Origin: Geosiphon pyriformis uo1
Lineage: Eukaryota > Fungi > Glomeromycota
DNA length: 64,000 bases
Assembly: GCA_016748015.1 (NCBI GenBank)
Contig: JAAOMT010000460.1
Location: forward strand, 88,820-152,819
Direction: 5' to 3'
In this document: piece by piece, positions 13,608 through 25,534 of the stretch
Layout of the letters: every line of letters starts with the position of its first letter
Numbering within the stretch: the first letter of the stretch is position 1
Notes under the pieces: model-generated
Told to the model about the DNA's origin: nothing
Seen by the model: only the letters and a program-made list of their open reading frames with translations
Database searches by the model: none
Program-made: the position numbers and the translations under genes

Positions 13608-14580
13608 TGTTACCAGTAAAATTTTAGCTATTAATTAGCATGAAATTACCTTCATAATTCCTATAATTAATTAGCATATATTATCACTATTTCAATTATC
13701 ACTTATTATTTAATCAAAGTATTAAACATCATTACTCAATCAATAATCCGATTTGTACTCTAGAAATTAAGATGATCAAATTACACAATACTCTGAACCA
13801 TTTAACATAGTCAAAATTCGCCGAAATTAATGAAAATTTGCCGAAATAATCAAATAGTTCAGTGAAATAACTTGTAGTTTGCCGAAATGTATCTTTAGTT
13901 CACCCAAATTGTAGCAAAGAGAAAAGTGCAAGTTCAAAGACTAGTACTATAACAAATTGTATAAAAGAAAAGCTTCTCTCTTCAAGAAAATGTATCTTCT
14001 CATAGTATCTTATCATAGCACTCTACTTTAAATATCTTAATTAAAACAAATCACCTTTTATACATTTAAATAAAAATTAAATATTCGAAAAAACAAATTC
14101 TCAAAATTATTATACTTGAAATTTCCTCAACACAACTAACGTTTTGAAATTGATTAGCTACCAATTTCAATAAACTGTTAGTGACTCCAAACCTGGATAG
14201 AAAACGTTTTCCTTGACAGAATTCTATTTCTTTTACATTTCTTTTATTTTTTTCTTTCTTTTCTTATCATAATCATTAAGGTAGTCTACAGACAAGATTC
14301 CTGTAGAAGAGTTGACTTTCACAGCAAAGTAACTACACATTTTAGTGAGCTTCCAGACAAGCAATTTCTGGAAAAGAGTTGACATTTACTACAATGTAAT
14401 TACATAAAGTAACTGGCAAAGAATTGGCCATTCCACTTATAAGCCCAGCAGTTCAAATTATAGGAGATAATTTGAAGATAAATTTAGTTATTGGAGGTTT
14501 AACTATCTCTAAAAACGTGAATTTATAGCAAATCAACATTAACAACATTCAAGAAAAGAGACCAAAAACCTCCAGTAACA
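13608..14580 (+). mobile_element. Solo LTR, family A (best-preserved copy)
   Basis: TGTTAC...GTAACA termini and exact 4-bp TSD ATGT (13604-13607 / 14581-14584). TATAAAA at ~13960. Still keeps several CpGs. Confidence 0.92.
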
Positions 14581-14794
14581 ATGTCCAATTTGAAAAATTA
14601 CAGACCAAAATTGTTCAAGTAATTTTAAAAAAAAAGTGATAAAATTAATTCAAAAAAGAGATTTAGAAGAGTTAAAAGATTTGAGAAATCTTAATAAAGC
14701 TCAATATTAAAAGAAAAAAATAATATTACTTATAAAAATAGAAATTATAATAAGTAAAAAATAGCCAATAAAAAAAAAATATAGTAAAAAAAAA

Positions 14795-15506
14795 TTTCAT
14801 AGACAGCTTCCAATTACTGTTCACAAAAAATTATATAACAAGACTTATTCTGGTGTTTTTTGCCTGTTTTATAGAAATATGAAAGTTTTAAATCATTTAT
14901 TTATTTATATAGAAGATCCTAATCAGTGAAAAAAATTGATTATAAATTATGTTGAGTTTTGGTTATTATTAATAAGTAAGAAAGTACTTATATTATCTTA
15001 TGTTCTGTATTCTCTCTTCTTCTGCCTATCTAATATTGGAATGTATATAATGCTCTGCAAGAGTTTTATTATAAAGAATTAGATTAAAAATGCCTTGATA
15101 ATATACAATAGCAGAAAAAAAACAACTTTTGTCTTGGTTAGTTTTTCTTACAAGTTGGCCGACCACTATTATCAAGAAATATGATTTACTAGAGCCAAAT
15201 TCAAGTTTAAAGCAAAAAAAGCTGGATTAGTGAATGATGATAATATAAAACCTATGGGTTGGTGCTTGAGTTTGTCTAATAAAATAGTGTATATGCTTGG
15301 TATTATGGAATCAATAAAAGTAAGTTTTGGTAAGCATTTATTATGTATCTTTTTTTTAAGTATAGGTTGATTGTGAATATAAATGTGTAGTATTGTTTAG
15401 ATTAGCTTAAATAGCTGGTTATATATAACAAATATATAAGTTGTATTTAGTTAGAGTTATTTAGTTTAATTCTTTATACTAGATAATGATTGGACTACAC
15501 TTGTAA

Positions 15507-15543
<37 letters not shown>
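14795..15543 (+). mobile_element. 3' fragment of a LINE (C-terminal zinc finger, 3' UTR, (TAA)n tail)
   Basis: HRQLPITVHKKLYNKTYSGVFCLFY...NHLF is homologous to the LINE ORF2 C-terminus at 56030-56140. The 3' UTR resembles 56630-56745 and ends in an (AAT)n array. Confidence 0.75.
15507..15542 (+). repeat. (AAT)~12 microsatellite forming the LINE tail
   Basis: Seen directly at the end of the LINE 3' UTR. Confidence 0.85.
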
Positions 15544-15799
15544 TACATAAATATAACATCTAATTTTCTAAGATAGTTTTTGAAACAAGATATTCTATTT
15601 ATATTTATTCTTTAAATATTTATAATAATACAAAATTGTTTTTTTTAAAGTTTAACAATAAAATTTAATTTTTGTATAATTACAAATTATATATAAATAT
15701 ATATAATAATTTTTATTTTAAAAAATATATATATTATTTAATTTTTTAAAAAATTTAATAACTTTAAAATAAAAATTTATTCAAATATTAAAAGAAAAT

Positions 15800-17870
15800 T
15801 TTTTGTATATGCTATAGATAAAGTAAAAAAAAGACCAAAAAACTGGTTATTAATACTTAATTAATAAATTTTTTTGCTATTTTTTAAATTTAAAAGATTT
15901 AAAATTTAATATAAATTTTAAATTTAAGTTTTAAAAAAAAGTAATAAATAAACCAGTTTTATTAATAATAATAAAATAAATATTTGTAAATTTGTAACTA
16001 AAATAATTTTAAAAAATATTTGTATTTAGTTTATATGTTAAATAAGTTTGTAAAACAACTTAATTTTGGTATTTTGAATAATAAAAATAAAATTTTCAAC
16101 TTTTTTTTTGTATTTAATAAAAAATCAAAGTTTTCTGTTTAAAAAAAATGTTTAATTCTGTAAAAATTTTTGCTTTAAATATTAATTTCTTAGTTATTAT
16201 TAATAAAAATTCTTTAAAAAAGTTAAAAATTATTAAAAAATTATTTTATTAAGTAAATAATTTTAAAAAGTTTTTTATTTTCTTAAGATTATAAAATTTA
16301 TATTTATATCTAAATTAAGTTTAAATAAAGTTAAAATTTTGGTATTAAATATAAATATTATAATAAATACTAATTTAAAATATATAATATACGTATAAAT
16401 TAGCTAAAATTTTTTTCTAAATTAGTTGTAAAATTAACTTTTGTTAAATTTAATAATTTATAACAAAAAACTATAATAAAGTTTATTAATAATAAAATTG
16501 CTAAATTAACTTTTAAGTAATTTGTTTTTATAAATATATATAATTAAAATTAATATTAATAAACAATTGTAAATTTTAAAATAGTTATTAAGCATTTTTT
16601 TATATTTTTTTAATAAATATAATAACATATAATTTTTTTAAAAAATTATATTATTAATTATAATTCAGTTCTATATGATTGTTTTAGGTATATAATAGTT
16701 TGTTTTAAAAATAAAAAGTCTTAAAAAGTTATTTTTTGTGTTGTTTTAATTTTTAAAAATGTTAATGTATTGAATTAATCTAATTTTATTATTATATACC
16801 AAATACAACTAGAATAAACATGTTTTTTTGTATATAGTTTTGGTAAAAAAATTTTAAACAAATAAAATTGGTAATTTTGTATTTATTAAACAATAATTAG
16901 AATATATATATATTAAAAAACAAGTTCTTATTATCTGTTTTATTTTTTTTAATAATAAAACTTGAATACAAATTATAAGTAGTGCTTTTTTTAGTTTTTT
17001 ATTTAATACTTCTTTTAATATTAGTTTATTTATAAATATTAAAATCTTTTTTATAAGTATTTATTATTTTTTTAAAATTAAAATTAAATATACTAAAAAA
17101 AAATTCAAAGTTTATTTTTAATAAAATTTTAGATTTAATTTTTAAATTAGATTTTTTGTTTTTATTTAGTTTTTTAATTCTTAATTTTATTATTTTTTTA
17201 AATTGGTTTTTAATTTAAATATAGCTTTAAATATTATTTTTTTTTTATTTGGTTCTTTTAATAAAATTTAAAATTTTTTTTCTTTGAATTTTGTTGTAAT
17301 AAAAGTTATTATTTCGAAGTTAAATAATCTAAAAACCAAAATAACTAAACTTATAAGCTTTTTTAACATTGTTTTTTTATGATTAAATTTTTTGTTCAAT
17401 AATAATAATGTTTTTTGTACACTTTATTAATAATTAATCATATTTAAAAGATTATAATATGCAATATTAAAAAAAAACAATTTTATAAAACAAAATTTTA
17501 TAATAAAATATAAGTAATATAATTTTTATTATTACTAAAACAAAGTTGTAAAGTCAAGTTAAACTTTAAATTATAAACAAATTTAATAAAATATCTATAT
17601 TTACTTTAGTTTAAATTTTGATTATTTGAATTTTAAAGTTACAATAATTATAAATATTAATTTAACAAGGCATATTTTCAAAATTTTTAAAATATTAAAC
17701 TAATTTTATCAATTTATTTGTTGTTTAAAAATAATTTTTTAATTATAATTTTTAATTTATATATTAAAATATATTAAAATATAAAATTAAAACAGATTTT
17801 TAACATTAATACTCTAATTATTAAAACAATTTTAATAAAAATAATATTAAATAAAGTATTAATAAAAGAG
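15800..17870 (+). mobile_element. Extremely eroded LINE (ORF1 and start of APE endonuclease)
   Basis: SVKIFALNIN at ~16160 matches PVKSFALDIE. KIIICNIKK and IFIITKTKL at ~17450-17550 match KIATCNVRG and ISIVTETKL of the better LINE copies. Confidence 0.6.
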
Positions 17871-19990
17871 TGTTTTTTTATTATTAAAGCAGCTAAACAG
17901 GACATTTTGACAATATTTTTTATATATATTAATAGTAAAAAGTTGTTTTTAGCAGTTTTTAAAACATTTTTTTATTTCTGGCTAATGGTTTTTCAGTTAT
18001 AGTTTTTTTAAAAAATACATTTAAGTTAATTTTAATGTTGTTTTTATTCTTTTTAAGAGTCTCAAAGTTTTTAACAACAAACTAATTAACAAGCTGGTTT
18101 TTTTACTATTATTACTATCTTTTTATAAATGGCCAAAAAATCAAAAAAACTACAGCAGTTACTTATATCTGTTGTTGTTATATCAAACTTTTTTGTGGTT
18201 TTAAATAAAATCTTGAATAAAATTTTTTAACAACAACTAATCCTTTTTTAATGTAAATAATAATAATAATAATATGTTTTTTAAGATAAGTAAAAATTAT
18301 TTATTAATTGTATTGCCAATTATAATATTTTCTGACAGATTTTTGCCAGTTTTAAAAGCTAAGCAACTTATTGAGTTATTTAATCTTAAAGATTAAGCTG
18401 ATTAGATAAAAACTAAATCAACTTTTGTTTTTTTGTTTCCTGATATTGTTTCTAATAATACTTAAAAAACAATATCTAATTGTTAAAAATTTTCTGAATA
18501 GATAGCTTTTATTTTGGTGCTTAGCTCTACTTTTAAAATTAAATTGGTCTTAATTAATTCTTTGTTTTATTTATTGCTTAACTTTATTAAACTCAAGTTA
18601 ATTTTTAAAAACAATTTTAAGTTGTTTTGTGTAAATTTTGCTTTTAAGGCTTTTTTAATTGTATTGTTAAAGTTTTTATTAGTGGTTTTTTTTGACTATA
18701 TTTAAGATTGCAAAATTTTTTTTAGTGGCTTTTGGCTTCTTTTTTTTATATCTATTATACTTTATAATATTTTTTTTAGTATATTTTCTAATAACATTAA
18801 AAATGCTTTTGGTATTTTTGGTGTTGTTATTTTTTAAGTTAAAGTTTACTAGTTTGTAACAATATACTATTGTTAATTTTAAGAATTTTTTTTTTGTTGT
18901 TGCTTTTAATAACTAATTTATAATAGTAAAAAAAACAATGTTTTAATTTTTCTTCTTTTTAACCAAAAAAAATCATTATTTTAAGAAATTTTTTAAGACC
19001 AAATTGATTAACCTTTTTTTAGTTGTATTGCTTTTAAAATTAGTAATATAATTTCTTAAATTAATAGTTATATTTGCTTTATTTTCTGTTTTTTTAATTT
19101 ATATTATTATTAATGCTTTACTGTTATTACTTTTAAGTTTTATAAAATATTGGAGCTTATTATAACAAAAACCAATATTTTATACAAATATTGTATTTGG
19201 TAAAAAACTTTTAAATACTATTATTATTACAAATATTAAAGTTTAAACTATTTGTTTACTAAGTGCAAAGTGTTTTCACTTTTTTTTCTAAATTATTTTC
19301 AAAATTTATTGTTAATTTCAAGTTTTCTATGTATTTTTCTATTAATAGAAAGTCTTATGTTGAAGCTTTTGTTTCTTTGGTTTTTTTTGCTGCTTTTTTA
19401 GTTGTTTTTGCTGTTAATTTTATTGTTAAGTCTAGATTAAATTACTTGAAAACTTAAATATCAAGTTTGGCTGTTTTAATAAAATTTGTTATTAAATCTA
19501 TTGGTTTTTTAATTACTTTGATTATTATTCTTTTGAATAAATATATTGGCAAAGCTTTTTAGATAGAAAAAAATTTGTTTATTATAAAATATATTGCTAA
19601 TAATTTTTTTAATCTTCTAATTAATATTTCTAAAAACATTATATGTTTCAAGTTTAAAGTAAATTTTGGTAAAATAGACTATAATAGTATACTGATTATT
19701 AAGTCTTTTTTTTGAATAAAAACACTGTTAAGCAAATTATTGTTTTATATTACATATTAAATATTAAAACTTATAATAGTATAAAAGAAATTAAGTTTTT
19801 TTTAATGAATTTATTTTTGATTTTAGAAATTTGAATGGTATTATTAAAAAAATTCATAAATTGAATTTACTTTCAGCTTTTTTTGTTTTAATATAATATT
19901 ATTTTAACTAGTTTGAATGGTTGATTATATATAAAAAGTACATAATTTATGTTTAATTTAGATTATTTAGTTTAATGTATTGTATTAGAT
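17870..19990 (+). mobile_element. Eroded ORF1 of a second LINE subfamily
   Basis: Homologous over >1 kb to 57300-58490(-): ORF 18514 vs ORF 58199, and ORF 19263 vs ORF 57611. Contains an RRM-like segment (NIKNAFGIFGV) and a degenerate knuckle at ~19215-19265. Confidence 0.55.
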
Positions 19991-19999
19991 TATGTTTAG

Positions 20000-20272
20000 T
20001 ATTATCAATAGAATTTAATTATTAATTAACATAAAATTATTTTTATAATTTTTATTATTAATTAGCATATATTAGTATTGTTCAATTATTATTTATTATT
20101 TAATTAAATTATCAAATATTATTATTCTATTAATAATTTAATTTATACAATACACAAATGTAATAATTAAATTATGCAATATACTAAACTTTATAACATT
20201 TAAAAATTTGTTAAAATTTGTAAAATTTTGTGAAATAATTTATAGTTTGTAAAAAAAACTTGTAGTTTACTA
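20000..20272 (+). mobile_element. 5' fragment of LTR family A
   Basis: Aligns to 13608-13885, starting at a mutated terminus (tattatcaata for tgttaccagta). Confidence 0.7.
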
Positions 20273-20438
20273 ATATTATCCAATAAAAATTAATAAAAAT
20301 CAAAAAATAATAATATTATAATATATTAATCAATTATTAAATAATAGTATAAATAGTACAGATTAACAAATAAAATTAAAAAACATAATATATACATAAT
20401 AGTATGCAAAATATATACAAATATACCTAATTTAATAT

Positions 20439-21400
20439 TGTTATTAAAGATTTTTGGTTTTTTTTTCTAAATATTGTTAATATTATTTTGTTGTAAATTC
20501 ACTATTACTAAAAGCTGTTGAATTTTTGATAACTAAATTTATCTTCAAATTATAGAAAATAATTTGAATCACTGAATTTATAAGTAGAATAATCAATTTT
20601 ATACTAGTTACTTATATAGTTACTTTGCAGTAAAAGTCAACTTTTTTTCAAAAATTGTTCATCTGGAAGTTCACTAAAAATATGTAGTTATTTTGCTATA
20701 AAAGTCAATTCTTTTATAAGAATTTTATCTATAAACTATCTTAATATATATAATAAAAAAAATTAAAATAAAAAAAATTAAAAAAAAAAATTTTTGTTAA
20801 AAGAATTGCTTTCTGTTCAGACTTAGAATTACTAACAGATTACTGAAATTGGTAATTAATTAATTTCAAAATATTAGTTAGGTTTTAGAAAATTTCAAGT
20901 GCAAATAATTAATGATTTTGTTTTTAAAGTATTTATTTTATTGATAAGAGTAAAAGTATTTCTAAGATAGATAAAATAATTTTGACTGAAATAAGATATA
21001 TTTTCTTAAAAAAAAAAGCTTTTTTTTTATACAATTTGTTATATTACTATTCTATAAACTTAAACTTTTTTTTTGCTATAATTTCAATAAATTAAAGATA
21101 TATTTTGATAAACTACAAATTATTTCTATAAACTATAAATAATTTTGGTAAACTATTAAAATATTTCACAAATTTTTACAAATTTGGCGAATTTTTAACT
21201 GTTATAGAGTTTAGTATATTGTATGATTTAATCATTAAATTTGTGTATTGTATTAATTAGATTATTAATTAAATAATAATATTTGATAATTTAATTAAAT
21301 AATAAGTGATAATTAAAATAATAATAATATATGCTAATTATTAATAGAAATTATAAAGATAATTTTATGTTAATTAATAACTAAAATTTTATTGATAACA
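20439..21400 (-). mobile_element. 3' LTR of a family A element
   Basis: Full-length reverse-complement match to 13608-14580. Preceded on the minus strand by purine tract AAGAAAAAGA (21404-21413) and by family A 3' non-coding sequence. Confidence 0.88.
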
Positions 21401-23245
21401 TAATCTTTTTCTTAAAACTAAGTTCTATTAAAGTCCAAGTATTATCTATAATATTGAAATAATAATTCAAGATTATTGATGTAATTTGGTGCGAAAATTG
21501 TTAAAATTTTAATTCTGTGAGTTTGCCAATATATTAAATCTTTATTGGTTAGAGTATTGAATTTTGTAGAACATTTTTACAAGTATTAAATAAGTTATAA
21601 AGTCTAAAAACTGTTTTAAGTTTGTAATAATATTACAAATAATTATTTAAGATGTTGAAACAAATAACAAACTCATAATTTGGTGTTTAATAACTATTAA
21701 TAATAGTAATTTCTGAAGGTTTTAGAGTATGAAAATTTTGGTTGAGTTTTTTGTATAATAAACAAAGATTTAATTAATAGTTTTCTCCAATTTCTGTTTT
21801 AATATAATAGCTGGTTTAATTTGGCAGTCATACTCTTCTGGTAAGTTATTTTTAAGTTTTTTACTCTTGCTTTATGGGTCTTTTATTAGATTATTCTTAA
21901 TATTAATTACTCAGTGCTTAATCTCTTAATCAATTTGTAAACAACAAAGAAACAAAATAAAAAAAAATAAGAAAAAAAATAAAAAATTAATATCTCATTA
22001 ATAGCCATAATCAAAAGCTATTGGTTTAGTATGATTAAGTATTGGATTTTATCAACATAAATTGTTAATAGTATGGAAGTAAATAATTTTTTTAATTAAG
22101 TAATAACAATATAAATTAAATAATAATAAATATTTTTATTAATATGGTGTTACTGGAGATTTTTGGTTTCTTTTTTTAAATGTTGTTAATATCTGTTTGC
22201 TGTTTAATTCACATTTTTTAAAAGTTAATAAATCTTTGATAACTGAATTTATTTTCAAATTATCTCTTATAATTTGAACTGCTAAACTTATAAGTAAAAT
22301 AATCAATTCTGTGTCAGTTGCTTTGAGTAGTTACATTATAGTAAATATTAACTCTTTTTCAGAAATTGTTTGTTTGGAAGCTCATTAAAAATAAGTAGTT
22401 ACTTTGCTGTAAAAGTCAACTTTTCTACAGAAATCTTGTCTGTATATTACTTTAATAATTATAATAAGAATAGTAAAAAAAATAAAAGAAATATAAAAGA
22501 AATAAAATTTTATTAAGAAAATTGTTTCTTGTTTAGATCTGAAATTACTAATAAATTACTGAAATTAGTAGCTACTTAATTTCAAAAATGTTAATTGGTT
22601 TTTAGAGAATGTTAAGTATAATAATTTCAAGAATTGGTTTTTAAAATATATTTTTATTTTTGAATTATACTAAATAAAAATAAATCTTAAGTAAGATATC
22701 TATAATAAGATATATTTTTCTTGAAAAAAAAAGCTTTTTTTATACAACTTATTATAGTACTAGTCTATGAACTTGAATTTTTCTCTTTGCTATGATTTAA
22801 ACAAACTAAAGATATATTTTAATAAGTTATAAGTTATTTTAACAAACTATTAATTATTTTGGTAAACTATCTATTATTTCAGCAAATTTTTGAATATTAT
22901 ATAGTTTGAGGTATTGTGTTATTTGATTATTCTAACTTTTATTATACAAATTGGATTATTAATTAAATAATAACATTCAATAATTTAATTAAGTAATAAG
23001 TAATAATTAAAATAATATTAATATATACTAATTACTGATAGAAATTATAAAAATAAATTTATGTTAATTTAATGTCTAAAATTTTACTGGTAATAATAGA
23101 TATAATTTTACCTTAAATTATAAAAAACTATTTTTTAAAGAAAAAAATATTTGATAAGTACTTATTACTAGTTTCTGTTCTAAATTTTTTTTCTGTTTCT
23201 AATATTTTTTTAAAAAAAATTCTGAAATTCTGAAATTCTGAACAG
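21401..23245 (-). mobile_element. Family A 3' non-coding region, interrupted by a solo LTR
   Basis: 21600-22140 is the reverse complement of 12500-13050 and 39691-40110. The flanks of the solo LTR rejoin to match 32600-32800. Confidence 0.75.
22148..23095 (-). mobile_element. Solo LTR, family A
   Basis: TGTTACTGGAG at 22148 and ...ACTGGTAATA at 23095. TSD ATGG/ATAG (one G->A). An empty-site paralogue is present at ~32700-32725. Confidence 0.88.
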
Positions 23246-23249
23246 CTTT

Positions 23250-25497
23250 TAACATATAAATTCTAAAACCAACTGTATTCTTACTAGCAGTACCTACAAA
23301 CATATAAAAATCAGAATACCAGACTGCAGTATTTTGAATTTAATCAATTTCAAGAATAAAAAACCCAGAAATAACACCAGCACTAGGATCTGCCTTCTAA
23401 TATACATTAGCAATAATCTTAAAAAATGTTTTAAACAAAGTAAAAAACATTACCAAATATAGCCAAATCATTTGTAGACAAATAGTATTTCAATATATTA
23501 ACAAGAAGCAACCAAAAAAAATAGATAGTGGCACCAGTAAGCAAATTAGCTTTCTTATTACTCAAAACACCAAAATGGCCTTTAACTTTCAACCAAACAA
23601 TCTTCAAATCCTTATTTACAATCAAATTAAAAACATAATGTTTTTTCATCCAGTATTGATTATGAAAATTTGGTTTGGCCAAATTGAGCTCAAAAATACA
23701 ATTATTAATAATTGTTTAATTGTTAAAATACATGTTTATAGTATTAAAGAATAAGATACATTTTAAAATAAGAGCAATAGTCTACAGCTTAGTCAGCATA
23801 GAAGATATTAAGCCAGAAACCCTAATACTAATATCTCTATTTATATTTAAAAAATATGTGACTGCTCTTTTTATTATCTTTGCTGAACTTATATTTTTTA
23901 AAAAGCCATTAATATAAACATTAAATTTGCCAGTTTAAATCTTAAACAGCAAATCTTTAATTAATCTAAAATTATCTAATTTCAAATATTGGAAGGTGCC
24001 AAGCCAAATACCATTACTTTATTTTTATCAAAGGCCATAAATTCACCTAAAAAGTCCAATGCTTTAACAAACCAAGATGGGACAAGACTCTGAGGATTCA
24101 ATCTTTTTCAATAATAAAATGTCTTTTAGGATATTAGTATTCTATGTTTATCCAAAAGTCTATTACCAAAAACAAATCCAAAATGTCTTAGAAAAACTAT
24201 TATTTTATAGTAAGTAGTATTATTCAATATATCTAACATTAAAAATCTGTTTGAACTGTAAAAAGCCTGGGGCAAATTGTCTATTAGAAAAAGTTTATTT
24301 TTTAGAAATACTTTTACTATCCTAGCAAAAAAGTTGTTAATAGAACTGATCTTTAGCTTAATAGAATGTTGTAGTGAGTTAGCAAAAGCCCAGCCCAAAA
24401 TCTGTAAATTCAAAGAATGATGATCAAAACAATGGCCGAAAACACCCTTAGAATTAGCAAAAGCCACAATTGAAGCCACCTTATTTTCAGTTTGTAATTG
24501 CTCAATAAACTTCAAACTGTACATTAATGAATAATACAAGGCCTTATTTGGGAAGTTCCTAAGCAATCCAGTTTTTTGTCTTAGATCTTTCCTAATCAAA
24601 CATTCTATTTGTAACAAATACCAATTAAAATAAAACTAAACTGTGTTTAATAATTGATAATAGACTGCAAAATGACAAAAACCAAGTAAAACTGCTTATT
24701 TAATATAGTTTTTCTTAAAACCACATTTGCAAAAAATCTTATATCTGAATAAATCTTAATCAAACTAAGCTTTGAGAGACTTTTAGTAGAAAAAAAAATA
24801 CCAAAGTAATGATATAATTTATTCTTTTTTGCAATCAATATGAAACATTCACTAATACTTAATAAAACATTTTTTACTCTTTTATTAATAGAAATGGTTA
24901 TGGTCTTATTATTATTAATTGAAATATTATTGATCAAGAAAAATTTGCTGGCAATATTTAAAATATATTGAGTCAAAATCTGGTTATTTCTTATCCAAAT
25001 TATATCATTGTTACCCAAGTAGAAAAAACCAAAAAGCTATGAAAAAAATGTGACAAAGAAACATGACAAAAAAAATGCAGTACAACTCAAGGTAGCACAG
25101 AGCAAATACAAACAATAGCTAGCAATAATAAGCAATAGCTAGTAATAATGAACAATAGCTAGCAATAGTAAAGCAATTAAAAGCAATCCTGTAAAACCAA
25201 AAGAATGTATAAAAGCAAGTAGTTGTAGAAATTGAAAAGACAGTTAGTCAGGAATCAATTTTACTTTGTAGTATATTTATCATATATCTATAGTCTGAAA
25301 TACAATAAATTAAAAAACAAAATCTTATTCACCAATTTATGCTCTCCAATCTTATGGATTTTAATTAAAATTAAAATCAGTATTTCTTACCTTGTTCTGG
25401 AACAGATGCCATTAGCATAAATGCCTTGAACCCTTAAAAAAAATTTGGACCAATCACTCTTGATCACGGCAATTGATGGAAACTAATTCTTTTTTTT

Positions 25498-25534
<37 letters not shown>

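Noticed and set aside
13608-14580. LTR at 13608 as the 3' LTR of the dUTPase Gypsy (6569-13050)
   Set aside because: It has its own ATGT duplication on both sides, no adjacent purine tract, and ~550 bp of unrelated sequence before it. It is an independent solo LTR.
13050-14790. Coiled-coil-like ghost ORF flanking the solo LTR (LEKIINVQFEKLQTK)
   Set aside because: Useful only to confirm the TSD; too degraded to assign a product.
20439-23095. Two family A LTRs 750 bp apart as a TRIM-like mini element
   Set aside because: The second LTR has its own TSD, and its flanks rejoin to match the empty site at ~32700. This is a nested insertion.
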